Source of the DNA: Dimorphilus gyrociliatus | Taxonomy: Eukaryota > Animalia > Annelida | DNA: 64,000 nt | Assembly: GCA_904063045.1 (NCBI GenBank) | Contig: CAJFCJ010000005.1 | Coordinates: 1,441,988 to 1,505,987 of the forward strand | Reading direction: 5' to 3' | In this document: positions 49,704-62,541 of the stretch, in pieces | Numbering within the stretch: position 1 is the stretch's first letter | How the letters are laid out: the number at the start of each line of letters is the position of its first letter | The notes under the pieces: generated by a model | What the model was told of the DNA's origin: nothing | Seen by the model: only the letters and a program-made list of their open reading frames with translations | Databases searched by the model: none | Made by a program: the position numbers and the translations under genes

Positions 49704-52700
49704 ATGGCGCTCATCATGAAATGTTATAAACAAACCCAAGATAGACGATTTTTTTATTCTATTAAGCTAGCTGCGGTTGCTATAGTTATCATATTTGCAG
49801 TTTTTCATTTGGGATACATATTTTTTTCCGGTAAAATTAAATAATTGTTTTTATGAGGCTTTTTGCAAAAATATCAATCCTATTTCTCTGATTCAGAAAA
49901 TGCTACTTTACAGTGCTGCTTAAATGATGTATATGATTGTATGAAGCATAGTTATACAATACAGTAAGATTGAGTTTTAATTGAATCATCATAAAAACAC
50001 TAGCAACTTGACAGAGATTCACAAACCTGTGTCAATAAATTATCTCTAGAAAACAATCGACATCATATAATATTTATAGGAGATTCCAGGTCAAGGCAAC
50101 TGTTCTATGAGTTTGCAAAATTTATAAATTTTAATCAATCGTAAGTAAGGTCATTTATGTCTATACCTAGTTTCTAAAGCTTTTTACATTAGATTGCCAA
50201 AAATCAAGCATTCCGATTTGAAACTTACAAATAAAAATTCCAACATAAACTTAGTAAGATGTCATTTCAAATAAGAGTTTCCTTGAGACTCAATGTAAAT
50301 AATTTCAGTACTTTCTTTGGAATCCTTTCATTGATTCCAACTTTACGAAGAAACTAGCATCTTTATCAAGACGGGGAGAAGATTCTATTATAATTGCATC
50401 GAGTACAACAGTTAGTGATCACTATAATCACCTGCCAACGAATTTCTTAGAATTGCCTTGCATGCTCTTTTTATCCTTGCACGCCACTAGTTCAATAGAA
50501 TAGAACATGTATCAAGTTAAGGTATAACCTGACGCTGAAAATTCTAATGTTTGATAGCTAATTTTTTCTATAGATGAAATTTATTTCATACGATGATTTC
50601 TATTTGTTAATTTCAGTGGTATATTAAAAAGTACAACTCTAGTAATTTTGGTAGAAAAGTTTTTACAGGTAAAAATATTTCCAATGAAAAATTTCTATTT
50701 TAAGAGCTTTTCCATAGATGACGTGAAGAGCTTGAAAAAGTTTCTTAAGCAAGCGGGAAAACACGTAGTTTTCCTGTGGAAACTTCAAGGTAAAATTACA
50801 ATCATGAAGAGCTCAATTTTGCAAACTTTGACTTGAACTATTACGTATTAAATTAAAGTTATATTCAGATGATGTATTAGATTCGATTTTGGCGTTACAT
50901 CCATATCGATATATGATAACAAATCAAGAGATAGAATGGTATAACGTAAAATCAAAGGAACTACTGTAAGTAAGTCCCTTGCCTAAACAGGAAGCTATAG
51001 ATAAAATATCCTTTACTTTTAGATATAATAGTAATGCTATATTATGGACAAATTTCAAAGGGCAAACATCATCTTTCGACGACGGCTTACATTTAAAGAA
51101 AGATTTATTGAGAAAGGTTGTTTTTTAATAATTGTTTATGAAATATGTTTTTTACACTCTCTCCTTTCAGCAAATTAATACCCTTTTAAATTTTTATTGC
51201 AATAAAAAAATGAACTGGAAAGATACAAATTGTTTCAAGAAATCAGAAGAGGTCACAATTATTCAAAAATTTCTTTTGATGATCTTTATCATTATGTTTG
51301 TACTGACAAATCATGGATCAAAAGTATTGTTTTTTAAAAAACCCTTTCTGTTGTAGATGTGCATTACGTATTTTACTATTGTTTGACTTAGAAAAGAGAA
51401 ATGAGAGTACGAAAGAAATCATTCATTCTTTGTTCAAATTCGGTCTAATTATGCTATACTTATTCCTATCAGATAGGTTATAGAGATTTTTAATTAGCAG
51501 ACTCACCTACTTTAGATTTTTTAATTTTTACTCTAAGTGTTTTTCCAGATGGAATCTATTCATGAAAGCCAACAAATCCTTTAATCCTGGCGCTATGATG
51601 TTTACTATATTTGTGATAATTTTTATTAGTTTGAAATTTCTTGGAAATGCTGCAGAAGTATTTATTTTTTATTCATTGGAAATTTTATATTAAATAATCT
51701 TGAATTTATCATATTCAGCCATCTATCTTAAATAAAAACCAAACTGAAGAATGGAAAGGATGGATGCAAATTGTAATTCTTCTATATCATTTTACTGGAT
51801 CAAGTAAATTTTTAGGTATTTATGCGCATATTAGAGTTCTTGTAGCAGCGTATCTGTTCCTTAATGGATACGGAAATTTCACATATTTTCTCTCTTCCGG
51901 TGACCTGGGTATTAGAAGGTTTCTGAAGGTTGTTTTCTTTAACAATTTTTCATTTGTTTAAAGTAAATGATGTTTAAACAGGTTGTCTTTAGACTCAATT
52001 TTCTTGTAATATTTCTATGCTTAGTACAAAATAGACCATATCAATTCTATTATTTTATACCATTGGTTTCATTTTGGTTTATTATTTGTTATATTACTTG
52101 TATTATCCCTCCAAGGTTCAACAATGAACAACCGACATGTAAGTTTATACTTTATTCTGGCTATTTCGATAATATGAGTCGCTTTTTTAAATTTTTCACA
52201 GCTAATTATAAGACATATTTGTTTATATTTCTTAAAATAAGCGTTTTATTCTTATTAATATCGTTTATCTGTTACTCCAAGGTATACTTTAGTTATGTAC
52301 TTATACTAAAAACATATTGACATACACTACTTTCCTTGAACAGAAAACATTTACTACGATTTTTACATTACCTGCCCTCAGATTACTCTTTGTCAATATG
52401 AACAAATCAATATATGAATGGAAATTTCGATTTTCACTGGATAGATATGTAAGTCTCAAGGCACTTCAAATTTTAAATGTTTTATATTAGCTTTGTTCAG
52501 GGTCACCAAGTACTTTTCTAAAAATTTTAGTCTTATCAATAATATCGTTTCGTTAATGTTATTAATATATAGTATTAGAGGAAAAAAAGCATTTGAAATA
52601 AACAGAGTATCAAAATTCTACAGAGTTGTATATCAGGAATGATAACAGCATCTTGTTTACATATTCTACGAAGAAAGCAGATATCAGTTTCATCAAAATA

Positions 52701-53292
52701 TATTATATCCTTTTTTGGAATTTGTTCAATAAATTCGATTTTGGTTTACGAATGGTTCCTACATTATTGCAATAGTAAAGCGGAATATAACAAATATCAT
52801 GCTTTTCTTTCAGTTGTACCTGTTAGTATTTAAAACTTTATTTCTCATTTTTACATTGAGTTCCCCCTCCTACACAGATTTTCGCCTACTGTTTCCTGAG
52901 AAATTTAAAATCGAATTGGAGAAAGAGCTATTGCTACGTGTTTTCTTGGTTCGGAAAGATCTCATTAGAGGTAAAGCCATTAATTATTAAATAATTCTTT
53001 TATTGTACAAGATTTATTTCGAAAAGCTATTCATTCTTCAATATCATATATGGTTAGCGTCTGATACTCAAGGAATTCTTATTCTACTACCAAACTGCCC
53101 CATTGTAAATGCTATTTTTACAACATTTATTTTCATAACTGCCAGCTATGAAATCCATTGCATAACTGTAAAGCTTGAATCGTAATTTCTATCTAATATT
53201 GATTTTCATTGGCACCTCTTTTCAGACTTCACTGTCAACAAATATTTTTTCTTCTAAATGAAAATAGACCAATCTCTTCAAGAAAATTCTAA
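49704..53292 (+). CDS. CASD1: CAS1 domain-containing O-acetyltransferase (SGNH domain plus Cas1_AcylT multi-TM domain); last exon uncertain (stop at 53185 or 53292)
   Basis: FIGDSRSRQLFYEF (catalytic Ser), DDGLHL (Asp/His), EEWKGWMQIVILLYHF...HIRVLVAAYLFLNGYGNF, FYYFIPLVSFWF and EKLFILQYHIWL. Confidence 0.9.
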
Positions 53293-54129
53293 GAGATTGA
53301 ATGTAAGCTCTCTTTAACATTTTAATATTTGTTTTTATAAATTAAACATTTTTCCAAAATTTTTAGGCATTTCATCCTAAAGACAATCTAGATAAAACAT
53401 TTACCGACACTAGAGTGAGCCACCAAGTGCTAGAGTATATAACGGAACTTAACATTATCAAAACGGAGACTTTCTCTTTGTCAATTAAAGCTTATTTATA
53501 AATAAAATTTATGAACAAAACACAAAGCTTTTAGAGTATTCAGTTCAGATATGCAAATAGAGCCTCTTTCATTAGCTAAATTTCGAAATTATAATGTCTT
53601 TTTTTCTTAAATCTGCTGATTCTTCACATTCTAAACTCTCTTTCTCTCTTTCTATTTATATACTGCATAAAATCTATTGACTATTAAGTACAGACATATA
53701 TTAATAATAATGATAATAATGGAAGAGGAAAATTAATCAAAGAAGGTGTATAGAGGCAATTCTGTAGTATTTATTTTTTGAAGTGTTGACTGAAGATGCT
53801 CTCTAAGATTAATCCTTCTTGATACGCTACCCGATATCAAATTATACTAATAGCGAAATTATTTACAGGTTCTTTTCGAAGTAAATTTTATTTTTCTATA
53901 TTTAATTCGATTATGCTTTCTTTCTAATCTAGAAAACTGTCAATAGTTTCATTTAAAAACGAAATAGTAATGTATTTTAAACAACATATATAAAACAATA
54001 TACAGTAGAAATTTATAATACTTAATAAACAAAAATCGTTGACTTCTCATGGCACAAAAAAGTGAAACTCTTTGAAAATAAAAATCAAACCAGATAAAAC
54101 CTTTAAAGTAATTTTCAAGAACATAAAAA

Positions 54130-56641
54130 TCAATGGTCTAAGCTGCTTAAAGAAACAACGAATGCTTGTAAGGCGGAAAATGGATATTTATAATCCATAA
54201 TAAATACCTCTTCGTCGACTTTACCAAATTGTAAGACGATATCATCATCTGAAAGAAAAAAGAAATTTAAAAAAGTCTCTTTCTTTGATAGTGTTATAAT
54301 TAATTTATACTGAAAAAATATAAGGCGGCTAAATACTCTCTTTAATCTATATTCTATGTATAGTATTAATAGACAGAATATAGAGATATATCTACCGGTT
54401 ATTGTTGTACTTTTATAAATTCTTCATTAGCTAACAAGAAATAATTAGTACATAATATATTTACAAACCATGCATGTGAACAATCTGGAAATTTTTTACT
54501 GAGGCCCTCTTAACGCGACCATTAAAATTTAATTGATAACTATTGATTTCATCATTCCAAGACGGTGTCTTATTCTTTAACAACATCATGTTATATAATT
54601 TGCTGTCTTTCAGCCTATCAATGAGATTGTATTGGAATCCTTGTTCTGGTATTAATACGTTCATCTTCTTAGGCCCTTTTAAACCAAAAGCGTTATGCTC
54701 ATAAGCAACAGCTATAACCTCTTTGTCTGCGTTTCCAACGTTTCGTTGATGCATTGTAAAATGTCTAAAAAAGTTGCGAGACTTGTATAAATATACCGTA
54801 TATATATCACAATAATTAGGAAAGCTTAATAATATCAAAAGGAATAAGGATTATTCTTTGTGACTATTACTAGAAAAAATTGTATAGTACCTTCCTAATA
54901 GATCTGACTTTAACTTTCCAATATAACCCGATCCATTTACAGCAATATTCGTTTCGTCGTTACTAATGACATAGTTACCTTTCGTAGCGTTTTTCTTTCT
55001 TGCAGCTAATAAGAATCCTTTCTTTGAATTGTCTTTTTCTAAATGTAAATAATACGTAGGGTGAAGAGATCCATTTATTCCCAATTTTTGTCGAGTTATT
55101 ACACATTGTACAAAATTTTCAGCTTTGGGAGCTGGTTCATAGATTAGAGATTGAGGTTGTATATTCTCAATATTGAAATCTTCTCTTTCTTCTGAAGATT
55201 CATCCTTAGAGACAAAAAACAAATAATAGAAATATTGAAGACTAACAGGTATAAACGTGAAACTGAATCATTCGAACAAGATTATTCAAACTTAATCTAC
55301 AGACAAACGGTTATTGATTTATTGATGATTACTTATTCATTTTCGCCAATAGAAGTGTATCACTTGTTTAATATAAAATTTTGATGAGAGACCTTTCAAA
55401 CATTTTTTAATCCTAAAAGTTTAAAATTTGTATGCAAACATTGATAAAAGAAAGTAGACTATATACAAATTCTCACATAAATTACCGAGAATGGTCTAAT
55501 TAATTTTTGTATACTTGGAAAATTACTGTCATTTAATTAAGAATGTAACAATATGATTGTAGGTACTACTCTTTAATTAAAGCAAAGATTTCCCGTTACC
55601 TAAAAATTAATTAGTTTTTGACTTAAAAGATGATAAGATATTTCTTTAGCTCTTCCCAAGGCAAAATATTAGAAAGGATAAACTTTTTCGTAATTGATTG
55701 TATGATTGACAACAATCACTTTGTCTATTTTTTTCTATTAGGGAATAGAACATTTTTAATTAAGTATTTTGAATTATTACTTAACGCTGTGACAATTTTT
55801 TTTGCCTGTAAATAGTTAACTGTTCTTAAAAAGGTTACGATACCACTTAACGTTATATTTGCAAATATAGTAAATATCTTTACTACAAACATTTTATACT
55901 CTGTGTTAATGGATATTGATATAACCACTTGTTTACTACCTTGATATAGTTGGAATATTGAGTGATTCATTAGTCATTGCTATCCCAATCCTAAATATCT
56001 AAAAAAAGGTGCTATCGATTCATTAGTAGGTTGAATTTTTTTGTTTCTATAAGTCATTTTCTCCTTCATTGACCTCTATGGTATCCTATGCAAAAAGAAG
56101 TAACTACCTCTTATCACCTCTTACGTTGACTCTTTAATCATCTTTCTTAAAGTAAAAAAAATAAGAGGCTTTTCATAACGTTGTATGAACTCATCTTAAA
56201 TCGAAATATGAATAATCGCTTGTTTAAAATTATTCTTATCATTTCCCATACTAATTATAACATGAAAATTATTTACCTCGCTTTCTGATATGTCTAAATC
56301 ATTTGGCACCATTGTAGCACGAGAATCAGCTTGAATCGTAGCCTGCTTACTTTTATTTTCAGTATGGTCGTTCATGACCTGGGGATTAGTTTTCTTCATT
56401 GTAGACAAATTTGTATTATAGGAATACTGAGCTGGTACTCTATTATGAACTGATTTCGGGGGATCCTCTCTCCTTACAGGTCTAATGTAATAAAAATTGT
56501 AACCAAAAAATTAAAGTGTAAACGAAGAAAAGACTTTTTTTACTGCTCTCTAGTTTTATTCTTAATAATGCAGAAACACCTGTGTAAAAGTTATACTTAC
56601 GTAGCTAAGTGTCTGCTAAAGTTCACAGCCGATTTCTCCAT
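54130..56641 (-). CDS. Divergent Tubby-domain protein (TULP family); Tubby domain at 54130-55222, link to N-terminal exons unresolved
   Basis: [16 protein letters not shown]...HPTYYLHLE...FLLAARKK...NYVIS; [15 protein letters not shown]; [33 protein letters not shown]; [27 protein letters not shown]. Candidate upstream exons at about 56600-56641 and 56277-56483 are low confidence. Confidence 0.8.
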
Positions 56642-57272
56642 CGCAGTAATCTTCAACCCCACTAGTATTAAAAGAACGACTTGATAATTTCAAATATAAC
56701 TTGAATGCGCACAAATTATCCTCTAAATAAAAAAGAATGTTATGAGGAGCGAATATGCGTGTAATATTATCCGATATGAAGACGAGAATGAAGGGAACGA
56801 CAGCGACGGTATTGATCGATTAATCTAATAAGTAGGCCTACTCTTTTAGTAAAGGTACGGTACAGAATGGTTAGAAATAAATAAGAATTTACATATCGAT
56901 TATCTATTGGTTTATGCGTAAGAATGATTAGTGTTATTCATTTTAAAAAGTTGTACAATCAGAGCAAAGTTAGGCAAGATTGTTGGCCTACACCAGTTTT
57001 TTAAAAGTAGCTCTGCTCCTTTACATTTGTATGTAGTGTAGACAGATAGATGGCGCCATATCAAGACAAGTTTCTTATTCCAATAGATGTGTATTGTTAT
57101 TTCTATTCGTCTTACAAAATGCTTCATATTAAAAACTTGCATATGAATTGCTAATATAGAGTTAGAGTAAAATTTTTAATAGTTTTGTAAAATGGAATAA
57201 ACAGACTTTTAATTCATTACAACTGCTTGTTTTAGAGAAATTTGGACATTCTTATTTTCTCAACTTATCACA

Positions 57273-59300
57273 ATGTCTCAAAGTGATCGGAATAATTATG
57301 AAACTTTAAGAGAAAATGACAACAGTATATACTTATTCTTTGAGCCATGTACCCACTTCTAATAGTATTTTCATATTAAAGCTTACACCGTAGATGATGC
57401 TATCGAAAATTTGGGTAATGGTAAATACCAAATAATGATATTTGTCGTATCTTTGCTATCCTGGGTAAGTTAATAGGGACATACTTTCCATTTGGATAAG
57501 ATTATAATTTTATTATAGATGACAGAAGGAATGGAACTTTTACTAGCAGCAATATTAGGTCCTTTATTGATTTGTCACTGGAAAATTTCACCAATATCAG
57601 AGTCTATAATGAGTTCTGTAATTGTCATTAAAATATCAAATTTACATAATTGTCTTTTTCATAACTTCATTCCAATGTATTTATTAGGCCACATATGTTG
57701 GTTTCACTTTGGGAAGCGTCCTATTTGTGCCATTAGCTGATAAGGCCGGAAGACTTGGAGTTTGTACAATTACAATTATATTATTTTAAATACTATTTAT
57801 TTGTACTAATATATTAAAAACCCATTAATTAGTTACTTTCCTGGTCCCTTGCTGAAAACTTTTATTTTGGTTTCTTATTAGCGTTTGCACCAAATATTAT
57901 TTGGGCAATAATATTAAGATTCTTAAATGGCATGTTTTTTTCCTATATACCTATTGTGTAATTATTAACATTACCTAAATTAAACCAAAAATGAACCAAA
58001 TCAATTTTTCGGTTCTTCCAAGAGCTATCTACGATACAGAAATTTTATCAGTTAAAACTCGTTCAAGTGTCACACTATTAGGCTTGGCTAGTGTTAATTA
58101 TTTGAAACTTCAAAGAATAATTTCATTCTTCTTTTAACAGGCCAGTTATTCATTGGGAGTTTTTCTCCAAAGTGTCTTAGCTTATTTTATAATTCCAAAT
58201 TATGGATGGAGGATATGGGTTGCTGTAATTTCTACCATTACTTTACTTTCATTTTTGCTTTCATTGGTAAGTTTCTATCATTTCTCTTGTGCCCATATCA
58301 CATATATACAGTATAAATATAGACATTTAATATATTTCAGAGTTTACAAGAAAGTCCACGTTTCACCGAAAAATTAGGGAATGTACGGAAAACAGAGTCT
58401 ATATTAAAGATAATGTATAAATGGAATAATAAACCATTCCTCAAAGGACGATTATTGCAAAAGACAGCTAAACTTCCCAAAATTAATAGTTACGCTGAAA
58501 TTTTGAAATTTGAAGATAAATTTTCAGCTACTTTTCTTTATCTTACTTGGTATTTAATTGAAGTTTTTAAATATGTTAGTTTGTAAACTATTTTATTATT
58601 CAGGTTTGGAATTAATTTAGTCTATTTCGGAATTTGTTTAATTATACCTCAAATATTGAAAGATGGCGGTGGATGCATGAAAAATCTCAGTTAGTTTAAT
58701 TTTAGATTATATCACAAAAATAATCTTAAATAAAATCGTATTCAAGCTATTAGCAATAATTATGGAATGGATGAATTTGGCAACTGTCAAGTTTTTTCTG
58801 GTAAAGACTTCTTATACATTATGTTGTCAGGTTTCTCTGAAGTTGTCGCTGCATTTGCGACGTGGCTCTTAATAGAAAGAGTGGGCAGAATAAATATGAT
58901 ATTTGTAGATAATTTATTGACCGGGATTATTTCACTTGTGCTCATTCATTGTTTTCCAAAGTAAGACAAATAGAAAAAAAATGCACATTTTGATTAATTT
59001 TTAAATTTTAGAGCTGTTTACGTCGTGTTATTATGCCTTGCAAGAGCCTTTTCATGCAGCTCCTCACATGTTATTATACTTTTGGCTTGTGAGTTCTTCC
59101 CAACAAATATTAGATCAACAGCAGTTGGTATCGGATTTTTTGTATGTAAAATTGGAGCTGCATTGTCACCTTTCATAGGTCAATATTTAGTGACCTATTA
59201 CCCGAGAGGTGCAATTGGTACAATTGGAGTTTTTAGTTTATCAACTTCCTTAATAGTTTTATTTATTAAAAGAGACACAACAAGTGCGTATCTTGACTAA
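57273..59300 (+). CDS. SVOP-like major facilitator superfamily transporter
   Basis: YTVDDAIENLGNGKYQ...W|MTEGMELLL...LICHW; DKAGR; YGWRIW; LIERVGR; CEFFPTNIRSTAVG...CKIGAALSPFIGQ. About 10 short introns. Confidence 0.88.
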
Positions 59301-59865
59301 ATTTAACAAATAAAAAAAAATCAAAAAACATTTAATCTGATGTATATTTTTTATTTGTAACAATTCATAATTTTCGGTATCCATTAATAAACTATTCTTG
59401 GAGCTGAACTATAGAAATATACGTTGAATATTGCAAAGATATCTGGAAAATCCAATTTGTTTTGATCCTTTACAAAATAGAAATAGCAATATAGATCAAT
59501 AAAGGTTATCATAAAAATTTGACATTCTGTCATAGTTCTCTTTATCCAATCAAGAGTATTTATCTTTTCTGGGTTAACTGGATTTTAATTTTATGGGCTT
59601 CGGGATTTAAAATAAAAACGAATAAAGAGAAGTATACTTGGGATCTATGATTTATCATTTAAAAATAGCATAGTTCCCTTAGCATAGTTGTATAAAATTA
59701 GTAACTGTCAATAATTGACACCAAGAACATATTTCGTTACTTTGCCAAAATACGTTCTTGTACAGCTTTAAAAGCAAAAGCAGTTTTTCTTTAATTATAT
59801 AATGAATTCAGTAAATTGCATTGACTGTGTGCTTCTTTTTCTTTGAAAGAAAAATACTTTTCGGT

Positions 59866-62541
59866 TTAGACACTCTCATAAAGATTGACCTTTTTTTCAT
59901 CATCTTCATCCTCATAATTCAAAACATCAGCACCTTCATTGAAACCGCTACTTAAACTTGTCCTGGCGGTACTTCGATTCTCAGAATCTTCTATTAAATT
60001 AGTATTCTCCTTGCAAGTTCCAAATATTGGCAATTGCATGAAGTTATTTTCAGGACCGAAAGTAGCACATAACGATTGAAAGAAGAAAGTAGCATATATC
60101 CAACTGACTATCATTACTACAGTTAAAAATAAACCCAGTTGAAAATAAGCATAGACCTTTGAAGGCAGAACTAAAACTCCTGCCAAAAAAGTTGACAGAG
60201 CGGCCATGCTCACAGCAGAACTGATATTAGTAAATGATTCATGCGTCTTTTTTATCCTACTTGTTTCTCTTGAGAGCTGGAAAGCAACGCCGTAATGGAT
60301 GGCGAAATCAATACTTAAACCAACAGCAAGAGAAATTGCAACGCTCTCCAAGATATTTAATTGCCATCCTGCAAGAACCAGCGAACCTACTGTTACAAAG
60401 ATTGCACAGGCTATAGTTAAAATCGCTAAAAGTGTAATCAAGATGTTAAATGTGGTAATGAACATGACAGCACAAGCCATGGCCAGAGAAACCGCCATTG
60501 CTTGAAACGTTTCCGTTGATAATGACAATTGAAGATCATAAAAATCAAAGAACATTGAAGAGAAGAATCCGTCCTTATTACCATTCTCATGCCAGAACTT
60601 ATCCAACTTGTCATAAATCGTTGCCATGCCTTTAAAACTAAACGTAAAAGTATCTGACATGTTGACGATAATTCTATAAGCTTTTATATTTGTAGATTTG
60701 AGAGTATACAAAGCATTTCCAATAAAGTAGCCTCCTTTTGTCATTTGTGGAAAACAATGTTCCAAAATTGACCTATTCATATAGTTAGGATCCTGACCAC
60801 AGCATGGAGCTTCGAACATTCCCTCTTTACAATCTGCCTGTATCATCCGATAAAAGTATTCAACTGAACATTCACCGCCGCCAAGTCTTGCCCACGGTTG
60901 CTTTCTTACACTTTGGCAAAATTTTAACAAATGATTCTGAAATTCTGTACCATAAAAATCTAAATTATTAAAAACCAAGGTTCCATTGTCTCCAGGCTCC
61001 ATTGAATCTCCATTGTCGATAGGCTTAACACCGTACAAAAATTCAACAATAACGTTTGGAGAATTCTGAGTGTTTTGGAATTTCTTTTCGTATGTTTGAA
61101 ACCATGCTTCGAGATGGAAAGTTTTAGGTAGTAGTTGAAAATTTTCACTTGTTGGCAATTGTAATTTTGGCTTGTAAAATGTAAAAATAAATCCAAACAT
61201 TCCTATCAAAGCAAAAAAAATGATAAAGAAATGTCTAAATTTTATAACCATATTCGGTAAAAATTTAGCAAATACAGCAAGTTTCACTCTGGTCAATATC
61301 TCAAACTTTGGACATTTACAATCACATTTTTTCATACAGTGCAGCACAACAGCTATCGGTGGTATCCAAGTAATCATAAAAAATAGATTACACAAAACGG
61401 CAATTCCACAAAATATCCCAAAGCACTTTATAGCTGTGATATGAGAAACATAGCAAGCAAAGAAAGCTGTAGCTGTGGTCAATGATGTTACAGTAATGGA
61501 ACTCATAGCATGTTTCAATGTTCTTTTTAAGAGCTTTTCAACAGTTATTGTCTTTTCTCTTTCGAACTCTAAGCTCCAGGCATCGAAAAATATAAACACA
61601 TCATCAGCTCCGATAGCAATCAGTATTAATAGGCAGAGTAAATTCATAAATGGAAAAAATTTAACACCGACTATAATATGATAGAGAAAATATGCAAGAA
61701 GAAAGCTAAATATCATGTGCATCAAAGTGGAAATCATGACAGCCAAAGACCTTACATAGAAGGCTGTTAGGAAGAGAATGGCAATCCCTCCAACACCGAT
61801 AAACAAAAGATCTTTTTTCATATAATCTAAAAAGACGTTTATTCTGTTATCCATATATAGTCCTGCCAAATTTAAGTTCTTATACACTATCTTTCCATCT
61901 AAGAGATCATTGAAATATTCATCTTTGTTAATAATACCATTTCCAATAACTTGGGCATATGTAACCTTTGATTTATCTGCCAAGTATCTATTATCAGTAA
62001 AATAATGAAACATTTTAAACAGGTATATATCTCTGCCATCCATAAAACACTGAATGCTTTGATCTCTGCATGTAGCGTTTTTACTACAACTCTGCCAATG
62101 GCCCCCGAAATATATGATACTACAATCTGACATTAGATGTTTGACAATTCTAACATCATTATCGTTTATCTGAGAGCAACTTTTCATCCTTAATCTGGCA
62201 ATAAAAGAACCCAAACTTTGTGCAGGACATTCAGACGCAGAATATTTTAAAGGATAGTAAATATCCGTTGCCTCACACAGGGTTTTTAAGTTTTTTGTAG
62301 TAAATATATCGGTATTATCTGTTGTTTTCCAAACCATTTTTGGCAGATTTTCGTCTGTTATATCTTTCAAAAAGCAGTCATAGTCAGTTTTATAAATGCT
62401 CTTTCGAGGTCGATTTAAGGATGTATCACTATGCGGACTGGGGAAAATCAGTGTTGAATTTGGACTTTGTGTCAATTGTCCAGCAGCATTTCTTTGAGCA
62501 AACAGCCTATGCTTTATATTTGTTCTCCTCGTCTCAAAACC
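59866..62541 (-). CDS. DISP1: Dispatched-like sterol-sensing / RND transporter; one 2.68-kb terminal exon, upstream exon(s) not located
   Basis: Exon begins after a cag acceptor with GFETRRTNIKHRL. Contains FFPFMNL...IAIGADDVFIF, SITVTSLTTATAFF, LNILES...LAVGLSIDFAIHYG and YFQLGLFL. Confidence 0.87.
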   Translation of the reverse strand, partial: GFETRRTNIKHRLFAQRNAAGQLTQSPNSTLIFPSPHSDTSLNRPRKSIYKTDYDCFLKDITDENLPKMVWKTTDNTDIFTTKNLKTLCEATDIYYPLKYSASECPAQSLGSFIARLRMKSCSQINDNDVRIVKHLMSDCSIIYFGGHWQSCSKNATCRDQSIQCFMDGRDIYLFKMFHYFTDNRYLADKSKVTYAQVIGNGIINKDEYFNDLLDGKIVYKNLNLAGLYMDNRINVFLDYMKKDLLFIGVGGIAILFLTAFYVRSLAVMISTLMHMIFSFLLAYFLYHIIVGVKFFPFMNLLCLLILIAIGADDVFIFFDAWSLEFEREKTITVEKLLKRTLKHAMSSITVTSLTTATAFFACYVSHITAIKCFGIFCGIAVLCNLFFMITWIPPIAVVLHCMKKCDCKCPKFEILTRVKLAVFAKFLPNMVIKFRHFFIIFFALIGMFGFIFTFYKPKLQLPTSENFQLLPKTFHLEAWFQTYEKKFQNTQNSPNVIVEFLYGVKPIDNGDSMEPGDNGTLVFNNLDFYGTEFQNHLLKFCQSVRKQPWARLGGGECSVEYFYRMIQADCKEGMFEAPCCGQDPNYMNRSILEHCFPQMTKGGYFIGNALYTLKSTNIKAYRIIVNMSDTFTFSFKGMATIYDKLDKFWHENGNKDGFFSSMFFDFYDLQLSLSTETFQAMAVSLAMACAVMFITTFNILITLLAILTIACAIFVTVGSLVLAGWQLNILESVAISLAVGLSIDFAIHYGVAFQLSRETSRIKKTHESFTNISSAVSMAALSTFLAGVLVLPSKVYAYFQLGLFLTVVMIVSWIYATFFFQSLCATFGPENNFMQLPIFGTCKENTNLIEDSENRSTARTSLSSGFNEGADVLNYEDEDDEKKVNLYESV

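Noticed and set aside
60234-61681. Several 60-75 aa ORFs on the plus strand, including a repetitive-looking MAKSILKPTAREIA...
   Set aside because: Antisense shadows of the Dispatched transmembrane segments.
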